DNA from: an uncultured Acidobacteriota bacterium
GTDB lineage: Bacteria; Acidobacteriota; Polarisedimenticolia; J045
Length of the DNA: 64,000 nucleotides
NCBI GenBank assembly: GCA_963702545.1
Contig: CAVPDB010000004.1
Coordinates: forward strand, 421-64,420
Direction of reading: 5' to 3'
Below are positions 20,076 to 29,299 of the stretch, in pieces (the stretch's first letter is position 1; each line of letters opens with the position of its first letter). A program made the translations under genes and the position numbers. Below the pieces are notes generated by a model. That model searched no databases and was not told where the DNA came from. It worked only from the letters and a program-made list of their open reading frames with translations.

Positions 20076-20674
20076 GGCCCGGCTCCGCGCTCCGCTCCGC
20101 GGCAGTGCTGGCGGCACTCGCGGCGGCCGGCGCGTTGCCGGCCGAAGCGCATCTCGTCCAGTCGGGCCTCGGCCCGTTCTACGACGGCGTCGCGCACTTC
20201 GCGGTCTCCGCGGACGACCTGCTCGCGGCGCTGGCTGTCGCGCTGCTCGGCGGCCTCGGCGGGCCGCGCGCCGGGCGCTGGGCGCTGTTCTCGCTGGCGG
20301 GGGCGTGGCTCGCCGGCGGGATCGCCGGGATCCCGCGGGAGACGGTGGCCAACTGGCCGCTGGCGACGGCGCTGTCGCTGATCGTCGTCGGGGCGCTGGT
20401 CGCCTGGAACCCGCGGCTTCCGGCGCCCACGGTCGGCGCGCTGGCCATCGCCGTGGGCGCGCTCCACGGCTACCTCAACGGCTCGCTCTCGGCGGGCGGA
20501 GCCTTCGGCTTCCGCGGCCTGCTGGGCACCGCGGTGAGCGCGTTCGTCCTCGCAGCGCTCGCCGCCGCGCTGGCGGTCTCGCTGCGGCGCGAGTGGACGC
20601 GAATCGCGGTCCGCGTCGCGGGGAGCTGGATCGCGGCGATCGGGCTGCTGATGGCGGCCTGGAGCCTGCGCTGA
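20072..20674 (+). CDS. HupE/UreJ-like membrane protein (divergent third paralog)
   Basis: 200-aa ORF with signal peptide ending ...PAEAHL. GPFYDGVAHFAVSADDLLAALAVALL and ALHGYLNG are reminiscent of the HupE core. GTG overlaps the upstream stop (GTGA). Confidence 0.6.
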   Translation: MRPGSALRSAAVLAALAAAGALPAEAHLVQSGLGPFYDGVAHFAVSADDLLAALAVALLGGLGGPRAGRWALFSLAGAWLAGGIAGIPRETVANWPLATALSLIVVGALVAWNPRLPAPTVGALAIAVGALHGYLNGSLSAGGAFGFRGLLGTAVSAFVLAALAAALAVSLRREWTRIAVRVAGSWIAAIGLLMAAWSLR

Positions 20675-20806
20675 GGGGGGACGCGGGTTCCGTCGAAGGC
20701 TGGACGGCCCGCGGCCGAACAACCACAAGGGGATCAGAACCACCGGGCGCTCCACGACCGCGTCAACAAGGTCTGCCGGCGCTCGGGGCCCGCCGACGCG
20801 GCCGGC

Positions 20807-20953
20807 ATGACTCGGCCTCGGCCCGGCCCGCCTCTACGCCGAGAGCGGCAACACCGACTTCAGTTCGTCGCAAGCACTTTCGAGTCGAAGGAATTCGCGC
20901 TGGGGATCGAGGGGAACTACCTCAAGGGGATCGGCACGGCCTTCAAGTTCTGA
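20807..20953 (+). pseudogene. possible remnant of an outer-membrane beta-barrel C-terminus, or a small ORF
   Basis: 48-codon ORF ending ...FVASTFESKEFALGIEGNYLKGIGTAFKF*. It has an alternating beta-strand pattern and a terminal Phe, the usual OMP C-terminal signature. The adjacent frame reads LYAESGNTDFS just upstream. It sits in an otherwise unassigned 450-bp gap. Confidence 0.25.
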
Positions 20954-21122
20954 CCCGCCACCGCCGGCGGGCCGCCCGATCCGGCCTTCCGGCGCCTGGC
21001 CGCAGGCGCGCCGGGCGGCCGTCTTCCCCCGCGGCGGCGGCGGGCCGATCCAAAACCACCCGCCACGGGGTTAGGATGGCCCCCGCCGCGGGACGCTCCG
21101 CCCATCCCGCGCGGGAGGCACC

Positions 21123-22826
21123 GTGAGCTGGGCTCTTTGGGTCGTCCTCGCGTACCTGCTGGTCCTCGCCGGGTTCAACTTCGTCCGCTCGCGGCAGGTC
21201 CAGTCGCAGGAGGACTTCATGGTCGCGGGGCGCAAGCTCTCGATGACCGTGATGGTCTTCACGCTGGTCTGCACCTGGATCGGCTCGGGCTCGTTCATCG
21301 CCGGCGCCGAGTACGCGGCCAAGGCCGGCTGGTCGTCGCTGTGGCTCCCCGCCGGGGCCTGGGTCGGGATCGCGGTGATCTACTTCCTCGCGGCCAAGAT
21401 CCGGGGCTTCGGCCAGTACACGGTCGGCGACATCCTCGAGGTCCGGTACGGCAAGTTCTCCCGGCTGTTCGGCGCGATCGCACTGATCATCGCCTTCACG
21501 ACGATCGTCTCCTACCAGTTCCGGGCCGGCGGCTACATCCTCAATGTCGCCAGCGGGGGCGCGATCTCGGTCCCGGTGGGACAGGCGATCGCGGCCGGCT
21601 TCGTGATCCTGTTTACGGCGATGGGGGGGATGCTGGCGGTCGCCCACACCGACCTGCCCAACGGGATCATCATCGTGCTGGCCTGCGCCGTGGCGCTGCC
21701 GTTCACGATCGTCGCCGCGGGGGGCGCGGGGGCGGCGGCAGCCCAGCTTCCGGCCCAGCACTTCAGCGTCTTCGCCGCGGACTTCGGGGCCCACCCGGCG
21801 CTCAAGGCGGGGGGCTACTTCCTGGCCACGCTGCTGCTGCTGATGGGAATCCAGTCGATGTACCAGAAGTTCTACTCGGCCCGCTCACCGGCCGAGGCGC
21901 GCCGCGCGGTGGCGCTCTGGATCGTCGGCACGATCGTGGTCGAGACGCTGGTCGTGGCGATCGCGATCTACAGCGCGGCCCGTCACTGGCCCGAGGTGAC
22001 CGCCTTCCGGGTCGCCGGCGCGGTAAAGGAGCAGGTCGCGGCCGGCACGCTCCCGCCGGCCGACGCCGTCTCCCGCGCGATCGAGCTGGCGCAGGGGGCG
22101 GCCGCGCATGGCGAGGTCCGGCACGAGCAGGTCGCGGCGCTGCACACCCTGCTCAACTCCGGCTTCAGCGGCGCAACAGACGCCGCCGGCGTCGCCGCGG
22201 CGAAGATCGGGATCGATCCCGCCTCGCTGGTGCTGCAGGCGGCGGGCGACCTGATCGGCAGCAGCGGCCTCGCCGTGCTGGTCGGGCTGCTGCTGCTGGG
22301 GGCGGCCTGCGCGGTCGTGATCTCGACCGGCATGAACTACCTGCTCTCGCCGACAACCAACATCATGCGCGACATCTACCAGCGCTTCGTCAACCCGGGC
22401 GCCGACCAGAAGTCGATGGTCGCGCTGCAGAAGGTGTTCGTCTGCCTGCTGGGGCTGGCCGCCTTCCTGATGATCTGGATCCCCACCTACTTCGGGCTGC
22501 AGATCTCGGTGCTGCGCTACTCCTTCTTCGCCTACACCATGTACGGGGTGGCGATCACGCCGGCGCTGCTCGCGGCGCTGGCCTGGAAGCGGGCGAGCTG
22601 GCAGGGCGGGCTGGCCTCGATCGTGGGCGGGGCGCTGGCGGTGCTGCTTTTCGACATCGCCTTGCCGCTGGCCGCCCCGGCGGTCATGATCGACGGCGAT
22701 CCGTGGGGCATCCCCAGCATCTTCTTCTCGGCGGCGATCTCGATCGGGTTGCTGATCCTGGTCAGCCTGGCCACCCCGCCGCCGACACGGGAGCAGTTGG
22801 CGCCCCTCTTTCCCGAGGAGAAGTAA
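21123..22826 (+). CDS. sodium:solute symporter family (SSF) transporter
   Basis: 567-aa polytopic ORF. The N-terminus DFMVAGRKLS...TWIGSGSFIAGAEYAAKAGW...RGFGQYTVGDILEVRYG is the SSF signature region. It carries a roughly 90-aa soluble insertion. Confidence 0.85.
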   Translation: MSWALWVVLAYLLVLAGFNFVRSRQVQSQEDFMVAGRKLSMTVMVFTLVCTWIGSGSFIAGAEYAAKAGWSSLWLPAGAWVGIAVIYFLAAKIRGFGQYTVGDILEVRYGKFSRLFGAIALIIAFTTIVSYQFRAGGYILNVASGGAISVPVGQAIAAGFVILFTAMGGMLAVAHTDLPNGIIIVLACAVALPFTIVAAGGAGAAAAQLPAQHFSVFAADFGAHPALKAGGYFLATLLLLMGIQSMYQKFYSARSPAEARRAVALWIVGTIVVETLVVAIAIYSAARHWPEVTAFRVAGAVKEQVAAGTLPPADAVSRAIELAQGAAAHGEVRHEQVAALHTLLNSGFSGATDAAGVAAAKIGIDPASLVLQAAGDLIGSSGLAVLVGLLLLGAACAVVISTGMNYLLSPTTNIMRDIYQRFVNPGADQKSMVALQKVFVCLLGLAAFLMIWIPTYFGLQISVLRYSFFAYTMYGVAITPALLAALAWKRASWQGGLASIVGGALAVLLFDIALPLAAPAVMIDGDPWGIPSIFFSAAISIGLLILVSLATPPPTREQLAPLFPEEK

Positions 22827-22834
22827 GACGCTCC

Positions 22835-25085
22835 ATGCGCGGCCACGCATCCCGATACGGCCGCCTTGCGGGTGCTGCCGTCGCGCTCGCGATCCTGGTT
22901 GCGCCGGCCGGGCGGGCCGGCACAGAGGCCGGGCGGGCCGGCACAGAGGCCGGCCCCTACAGGCTGTTGGACTCGGGCGGACTCCCGGTCGCGGGGGCGA
23001 GGATCTCGGTCACTGGTCGAGCCGGCTCCGTTCTGGCCGATGCGGAAGGGCGCTTCGCGCTTGACCCGCCGCCTCCGGTCCCCTTCCAGCTGGTCGTGCT
23101 CGATGCTCGCGGGGCGTTCCTCGGGACGATCCTGGTCGAGGACGCCTCCGCGACCGAGCTGCGACTGCCGGCGACCACCCTGACCGAGCTGACCGTCCGC
23201 ACCGACGCGGCGCCGACGACGCTGGGCGCCCCCGCCTCCGCGCCGAACCTGATCACGCGCGAGGAGATGGAGCGCCGGCAGCCGTCACGGATGGCCGACG
23301 CCCTGGCCGAGATCCCCGGCGTCGGGCGGCTCGAGGAGGGCCAGTCGGTCGTCCCCTCGGTCCGCGGCCTGGCGCGCGGACGGACGCTGATCCTGCTCGA
23401 CGACGGCCGAGTCACCGCGGAGCGCCGCGCCGGCCCGTCGGCCAGCTTCCTCCAGCCCTTCATGCTCCAGGGGCTCGAGATCGTCCGGGGCCCCGGCTCC
23501 GTCGCCTACGGCTCGGACGCGATCGGCGGCGTGATCCACGCCCGCCAGCCGCTCCCCCAGCCCGGCGTCCGCTCGGGCCGCTACGAGGTCTCGGGCGGCG
23601 CCGGGCAGCCGATGGCGACCGGGGGCGTGGCGTTCAACCTGCCGGTGGGCACGGGCGCGATGACCTTCGCGGGCCAGCAGCGCTGGTTCGGGGACTACGA
23701 CTCGCCCGCAGGGGACGGTCGACAACTCGAGCGCGCGCGACCGCAACCTGGCGCTGGCCGGGCTGTGGCCGGTCGGGACGGCACGCCTGTGGTTCAACGT
23801 CTACGACGGCGAGGCCTGGGAGATGGGCAAGCCGGCGAAGGACTCCGACCGGACGCGCGCCTGGTACCCGGAGGAGCGCTCGACGCGCCTGGCGCTGGGC
23901 GCCGACCTGCCGGGGGGGCTGGGGTTCGACACTGCTCGAACTGCGCGGCTTCGTCGGCTACTACAGCTGCTCACCAACCGCGAGCGCTTCCCGCAACCCG
24001 GTCCGCCCCCCGTCACCCGCCGGCTGCAGCAGGCCGACGTCAGCGCCAACGACGCCTCGCTGCGCGCCGCGGGTTCGCGGAGCTTCGGCGCGCTGCGCTT
24101 CTCGACCGGGATCGAGGCGGTGTCGCGCTTCGACCTCGAGGCGATCGACATCACGACGCGCTACGACACGGCCGGCCAGGTGACGCGCGTCGAACGCAAC
24201 CAGTCGATCGAGGACGCCAGCCGGCTCGACCTGGGCGCCTTCGCCGAGGCCTCGCTCCCCTTCGCCGGCGGCGCCCTGGTCGCCGCGGCCGGCGCCCGCT
24301 ACGACTGGATCGAGACCGAGAGCACCGGCGCCAGTTTCGGCGACCAGAAGAGCCGCGAGGACGCGGTCACCGGCTTCGCGGCGCTGACCTGGCACTTCGC
24401 ACCGGCCTGGGAGGCGGCGTTGCAGTGGGCGCGCGCCTTCCGCACCCCGGGCCTGTCTGACCTCTACTTCGTCGGCCCGACGGGGCGCGGCGTGGTGACC
24501 GGCAACCCCGCCCTGCAGCCCGAGACGACCAGCCAGTGGGACCTGGCGGTGCGCCATACCGCGGGGAGCTGGCGCTTCGCCGGCTACTTTTACAGCTACC
24601 GGATCTTCGACCTGATCGAGCGCTACGAGGAGCCGGTCGGGAGCGCGAACTTCTTCTTCCGCAACGCCGGTACGCAGAAACTCGAAGGGGTCGAGCTGGA
24701 GGGCGAGATCGACTTCGGCCCGCGCGTGCGTGCTGGGGCTGGGGGCCAGCTGGACCCGCGGCGAGATCGTCGAGGACGGCAGCCTCCCGGCCGACGTCCC
24801 CCCGCTCTACGGGATGGCGACGCTGCTCTACCGCCCGGCCGACCGCTGGTGGCTGCGGCTGCGAGGCGAGGCGTACCGAGCTGACGACCGACCCGGACCG
24901 ACGGAGATCGACACCCCCGGATATGGGCTCGTCGGGGTCGGCGCCGGCTACCAGCTGTCTCCGCTCTTCGGGATCGAGCTGGTCGTCGGCAACCTCTTCG
25001 ACCACGCCTACCCGCGACGCCGGACGCGGTCGCCGCCGACGGGCCGGGGCTCAATGCGCAGCTCGTGCTGCGCGGGGGGTGGTAG
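22835..25085 (+). pseudogene. TonB-dependent receptor with N-terminal carboxypeptidase-regulatory-like domain; at least 5 frame changes
   Basis: Signal peptide, then YRLLDSGGLPVAGARISVTGRAGSVLADAEGRFAL. Plug domain ITREEMERRQPSRMADALAEIPGV...VRGLARGRTLILLDDGRV. Barrel pieces are in other frames (...LLELRGFVGYY..., ...LSDLYFVGPTGRGVVTGNPALQPETTSQWDL...). The end reads ...LVLRGGW* (TAG 25083-25085). Confidence 0.85.
22910..22951 (+). repeat. perfect 21-bp tandem duplication inside the TonB-dependent receptor N-terminus
   Basis: gggcgggccggcacagaggcc occurs twice back to back (22910-22930 and 22931-22951). It encodes GRAGTEA-GRAGTEA just after the signal peptide. Confidence 0.95.
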
Positions 25086-25100
25086 CGCGGGCGGACGGGC

Positions 25101-25833
25101 CTACTCGGACGACTGGCGCGAGCCGTCCCGGCGGCCCTCCCGCTCGTTGCGGTCGGCGTCGGAAACCTCGTAGCGCAGGCAGCACATCAGGCGCCCGCAC
25201 TGGCCGGAGATCTTGGCCGGGTTGACCGGCAGCCCCTGGACCTTGGCCATCCGCATCGAGACCGGGGCGAAGCCTTGGAGCCAGGTCGAGCAGCAGAGCG
25301 GGCGGCCGCAGTGCCCGACGCCGCCCTGGCGGATCGCCGCGTCGCGCACGCCGATCTGCCGCAGCTCGACGCGCGCCCGCAGTTCGCGCGCCAGGTCGCG
25401 TACGAGCTGGCGGAAGTCGACCCGCCCCTCGGCCACGAAGAAGAGCGTGATGCGCCGCCCCGAGGGGACCGGGTCGGCCCGCACGAAGCGCATCGCCAGG
25501 TTCAACTCCGCGGCGCGCCGGGACGCGATCTGCAGCGCCTCGCGCCGACGCTGCTCGAGCCAGCCCTCGGTCTCGTCGTCGGCGGGGCTCGCGAGGCGCA
25601 GGACCGGCTGCGGATCGGCGCCCGGCCGGCGGCTCGGCCTCGAACGGCACGCGGACCACGGTCCCCAACTGGCCACGCCCGCCGTCGCCGCCGATCACGC
25701 AGCGGTCGCCGATCTCGAGCGGGTCGTCTCCGGTCCGGCAGCAGGCGGGCCGGACGCTGCCGGACTGGGCGATGCGGACGAGCGAGGTGCGGGCCAAGGG
25801 GTCCTCCGGGATCCTGACAAAAGGATAATGCAC
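25101..25833 (-). pseudogene. PSP1 domain protein (YaaT/RicT-like), frameshift near 25630
   Basis: N-terminal piece MHYPFVRIPEDPLARTSLVRIAQSG...DRCVIGGDGGRGQLGTVV. C-terminal piece is in another frame: ...ITLFFVAEGRVDFRQLVRDLARELRARVELRQIGVRD...GHCGRPLCCSTWL...GQCGRLMCCLRYE, with the PSP1 Cys motifs. Confidence 0.85.
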
Positions 25834-25919
25834 CCGGGGTTCGCCCGACGGGGCGGCGCGGGTCGCGTGCGAAGGAGCGGGTCGCGCGCCGGCGCGGATC
25901 GCGCGACCATGGACGCACG

Positions 25920-26402
25920 ATGGGGCCGAGCGGCAAGGGAACGGACGGCGAAAGTGAGAAGAACCTGGCGGTCAACCGCCAGGCGCGGTTCGACTACGCC
26001 ATCGAGGAGACCTACGAGGCCGGACTGGTGCTGGTCGGGACCGAGGTCAAGTCGGCGCGGGGCGGGAAGGTCCAGATCAAGGACGCCTATGCCCGCTTCA
26101 AGAACGGCGAGATCTGGCTGATCGGCCTGCACATCGCGCCCTACACCCACGCCTCGTTCGAGAACCACGAGCCGGAGCGGCCGCGCAAGGTCCTGCTCTC
26201 GCGCCACGAGCTCAAGCGCCTGACCGGGAAGATCGAGCGGGCCGGCTACACCCTGGTCCCGCTGCGGGTCTACCTGAAGGGGGCCTGGATCAAGGTCGAG
26301 CTGGCACTGGGCAAGGGCCGGCAGCGCCACGAGAAAAAGGACGTCCTCAAGAAAAAGATCCACGAACGGGAGATGCGGGACGCGGTCCGGAGGCGCGGCT
26401 GA
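25920..26402 (+). CDS. smpB: SsrA-binding protein SmpB
   Basis: 160-aa ORF. NRQARFDYAIEETYEAGLVLVGTEVKS...GLHIAPY...NHEPERPRKVLL...L.GKIERAGYTLVPLRVYLKGAWIKVELALGKG. Confidence 0.95.
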   Translation: MGPSGKGTDGESEKNLAVNRQARFDYAIEETYEAGLVLVGTEVKSARGGKVQIKDAYARFKNGEIWLIGLHIAPYTHASFENHEPERPRKVLLSRHELKRLTGKIERAGYTLVPLRVYLKGAWIKVELALGKGRQRHEKKDVLKKKIHEREMRDAVRRRG

Positions 26403-27072
26403 GGGCCGGTGCGGCCAGCACCCCGTCCTCGCCCTGCGGCCCCAGCGGCACCCGGAGCCGCCCCCCGCCCGGCCCGACCTCGGCCGCGAAGATCAGAGCC
26501 GTCGCTGCGGGCGGGACGACCACGGCGACCGGCGCCTCCCCGGACTCGTCGACCTCCGCCGTGAGGATCGTCGCCGGCGTCAGGCCGCGCCCGACGACCC
26601 GGACCGAGACCCGGGCCCCGGCCGCCGGCGAGCCATCGGCGGCCCGCCGGACGGCGAGCCGTCCGGCCAGCCCGCCGCTCCCGGCCTCGCTGGAGAAGGT
26701 CAGCTCGAGCGTCTCGATCTCGCCGTCGGCCGCCAGCAGCGCCGCAAGGTGATCCGCGAGCGGCCCCTGCTCGGCCGCCGGCGCCACGCCGGCGTGCGGC
26801 AGGCCGGCCGGGCCGCCGGCCGCGGCGGCAAACTCGCCGTGCCGCGCCCGGCGCACCAGGTCCCGGTGCTGCCGGTCCAGCCGGGCCGCCACCACGGCCT
26901 CGGTGGCCTCCTGGGCGACCAGCTCGTCGTAGGGGTTCCGCTCCTGGTGGAGGATCTGCCCGCCGCAGTACACGAGGCTCTCCAGGACCGGGTTGGCGCG
27001 GCCACGGTCCTCGCTCTGCACGTGGTACGTCTGCCCCTCGAACCGGACGTCGGTGTTGTAACCCGTCAGCAA
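26347..27072 (-). CDS. hypothetical protein (conserved-looking N-terminal about 50 aa, Ala/Gly-rich linker, beta-rich C-terminus)
   Basis: Track ORF 26347..27180. I prefer the TTG at 27072 because it follows GAGGAGG plus 8 nt. The N-terminus LLTGYNTDVRFEGQTYHVQSEDRGRANPVLESLVYCGGQILHQ is non-repetitive. The 3' end overlaps convergent smpB by 56 bp. Confidence 0.5.
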   Translation of the reverse strand: MLTGYNTDVRFEGQTYHVQSEDRGRANPVLESLVYCGGQILHQERNPYDELVAQEATEAVVAARLDRQHRDLVRRARHGEFAAAAGGPAGLPHAGVAPAAEQGPLADHLAALLAADGEIETLELTFSSEAGSGGLAGRLAVRRAADGSPAAGARVSVRVVGRGLTPATILTAEVDESGEAPVAVVVPPAATALIFAAEVGPGGGRLRVPLGPQGEDGVLAAPALSRASGPRPASPVRGSFS

Positions 27073-27245
27073 GGGGGGAGCCTCCTCGGTCGAATATGTC
27101 CGCCCGCGATTTCCTGTCCATTCTCCGTGGACAGGGGGGGCGGCGGCCCCGATAATCGCCGCCGCCTGCGCGGACCACAAGGGTTTTCCCCCCGGAACCG
27201 ACAGCGAGACCGGGCCGGCACGCCGGCTCTGGGAGGGTTGGCCAG

Positions 27246-29168
27246 ATGGCGATCCGACTGCCCGTCGAGGAAGCCCTCGACATCTACGACATCCACCTCT
27301 GGGGCGCGGGCTTCTTCGGGATCTCGCCGGAAGGGGACCTGACCGTCCGGCCGACCCGGGACCCGCGGCTGGAGCTCTCCCTGCCGCGCGTCGTCGCCGA
27401 CCTGCGGCGGCAGGGGCACGTCACCCCGCTGCTGTTCCGCTTTCCGCAGATCCTGCACACCTCGGTCGAGGAGATGGTCCGGGCCTTCCGTGCCGCGATG
27501 GACGAGTTCGGCTTTCACGGCGGCGACTACAGCCCGACCTTCCCGATGAAGGTCAACCAGAACCGCAGGGTGGTCGAGGCCCTGCTGGCCGCCGGCCGGC
27601 CGAGCCGGATGGGGATCGAGGCCGGCTCCAAGCCCGAGCTGATGGCAGCGCTGGCGCTGGACGTCGCGCCCGGCGCGCTGACCACGCTCAACGGCTACAA
27701 GGACTCGGAAACGCTCGACCTCGCGATCATGGGGGCGCGGATGGGCCGGCGCGTCGTGATCGTGATCGAGAAGCCGTTCGAGGTCGACCTGCTGCTCAAG
27801 GCGTTCGAGAAGGCCGGCGACGGGCCGCTTCCGGAGGTCGGACTGCGGGTCCGGATGTTCGCGCGCGGCGCCGGCAAGTGGCGCGAGTCGTCGGGCCTGA
27901 CCGCCAAGTTCGGGCTGACGACCGGTGCGCTGCTGGAAGCGGTCGCAGCCTTCCGCGCCGCCGGCCGGCTGGACCGGCTGGCGATGGTCCACTTCCACAT
28001 CGGCTCGCAGATCCCCGACATCCGCCGGTTGAAGTCGGCCTTCCGCGAGGGGGCCCGGATCTACGCCAAGATGCGCAAGATGGGGGTCCCGCTCTCGATC
28101 CTCAACATGGGCGGCGGGCTGGCGATCGACTACGACGGCTCCAAGACCGCGTCCGATGCCTCGCGCAACTACTCGATCGCGGAGTACGCCAACGACGCGG
28201 TCTACATCGTCAAGGAAGTCTGCCTGGAAGAGCGCGTCCCCTACCCGCTGATCACGACCGAGAGCGGGCGGGCGCTGACGGCGTACCACTCGATGCTCGT
28301 GACCGACGTCCTGGCGCGCATCACGCCCGACCTGCGGACCGGCAACGGCGGCAAGGGGGCGACGCGCGAGCACGCCCGGGTCGTCCAGGAGCTGCGCGCG
28401 ATGCTCGAGGACATGTCGGGGAAGAACTTCCGCGAGTACTTCCACGACGCGACCGAGCAGCGCGACGAGATGGTCACGCTGTTCAACCACGGGCTCGTCA
28501 CGCTCGAGGACCGCGCGCTGGCCGAACAGCTCTTCTGGGAAATCGCGCGCCGGGCGCTGGCCTTCGCCAAGCGGGAGAAGATCCCGCTCGAGGAGTTCCA
28601 GGAGCTCGAGCAGGCGCTGGACCAGAAGTACATCGTCAACTTCTCGGTCTTCCAGAGCGTGCCCGACCACTGGGCGCTGGAGCAGCTCTTTCCGATCGTC
28701 CCGATTTAGCGCCTGCGCGAGACGCCGGAGCACAAGGCCACGCTCTGCGACATCACGTGCGACTGCGACGGGCAGATCGACCACTTCGTCGACATCAAGG
28801 ACGTCAAGGAAGTCCTGCCGCTGCACGACCCGATCCCGGGGGAGCCCTACGACCTGGCGATCTGCCTGCTCGGCGCCTACCAGGACGTGATGGGCGACCT
28901 GCACAACCTCTACGGCACGCCGGACGAGGTCCACGTCACGATCGACGGCGAGGGGCGGACCAAGATCGAGCGGATCGTGCCGGGCGACACGGTGGCCGAA
29001 GTGCTGTCGGTCTTCCACTACGAGGAAGACGCGCTGGTCGCCTCGGTCGAGCGCCAGCTCGCCGCGCAGGTCGAAGCCGGGACGATCGGCGCCGACGCGA
29101 CGAAGGCGCTGGTCGCGGAGTACCGCGGCCTGTTCGGCCGCGGCACCTACCTGCGCCAGCCGACCTGA
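27246..29168 (+). pseudogene. speA: biosynthetic arginine decarboxylase SpeA with one in-frame TAG (28707-28709)
   Basis: Track ORFs 27246..28709 and 28887..29168 are in the same frame, and the 641-codon span is open apart from that single in-frame TAG. YDIHLWGAGFFGIS...LLFRFPQIL...FPMKVNQ...HFHIGSQ...LFPIVPI-*-RLRETPEHKATLCDITCDCDGQI. The family normally has His at the stop position (PIHRL). Confidence 0.9.
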
Positions 29169-29199
29169 CGCTTCCGCTCGGCGCCGGATCGCCCCGTAG

Positions 29200-29278
29200 G
29201 GGCCGGGCTCTGTCCCGGCCCGCCGGGGGTCTCTGTCCCGGCCCTCCGCGCCATGCGGGCCGCCACGGAGGGCGGCCC
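29200..29278. terminator. cluster of three GC-rich hairpins between convergent speA and the OPT gene
   Basis: Three hairpins: gggccggg-ctctgt-cccggccc (29200-29221), gccggg-ggtctctgt-cccggc (29222-29242) and gggccgcc-acggag-ggcggccc (29257-29278). No clear U-tract. Confidence 0.5.
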
Positions 29279-29299
29279 CTACCGGCACGGCGCGGCTCG

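Noticed and set aside
22910-22951. Direct repeats as a possible CRISPR or minisatellite. These are the 21-bp duplication here and the repeated ctctgtcccggccc arms at 29208-29244.
   Set aside because: There are only two copies each, no spacers and no cas genes. One pair lies inside a CDS and the other forms terminator hairpin arms.
28707-28709. The in-frame TAG in speA as pyrrolysine, or the frameshifts as programmed recoding.
   Set aside because: There is no pyl gene context. The position expects His in the family. The frame changes are too numerous and scattered and lack slippery-site or pseudoknot structure. Sequence error or mutation is the simpler explanation.
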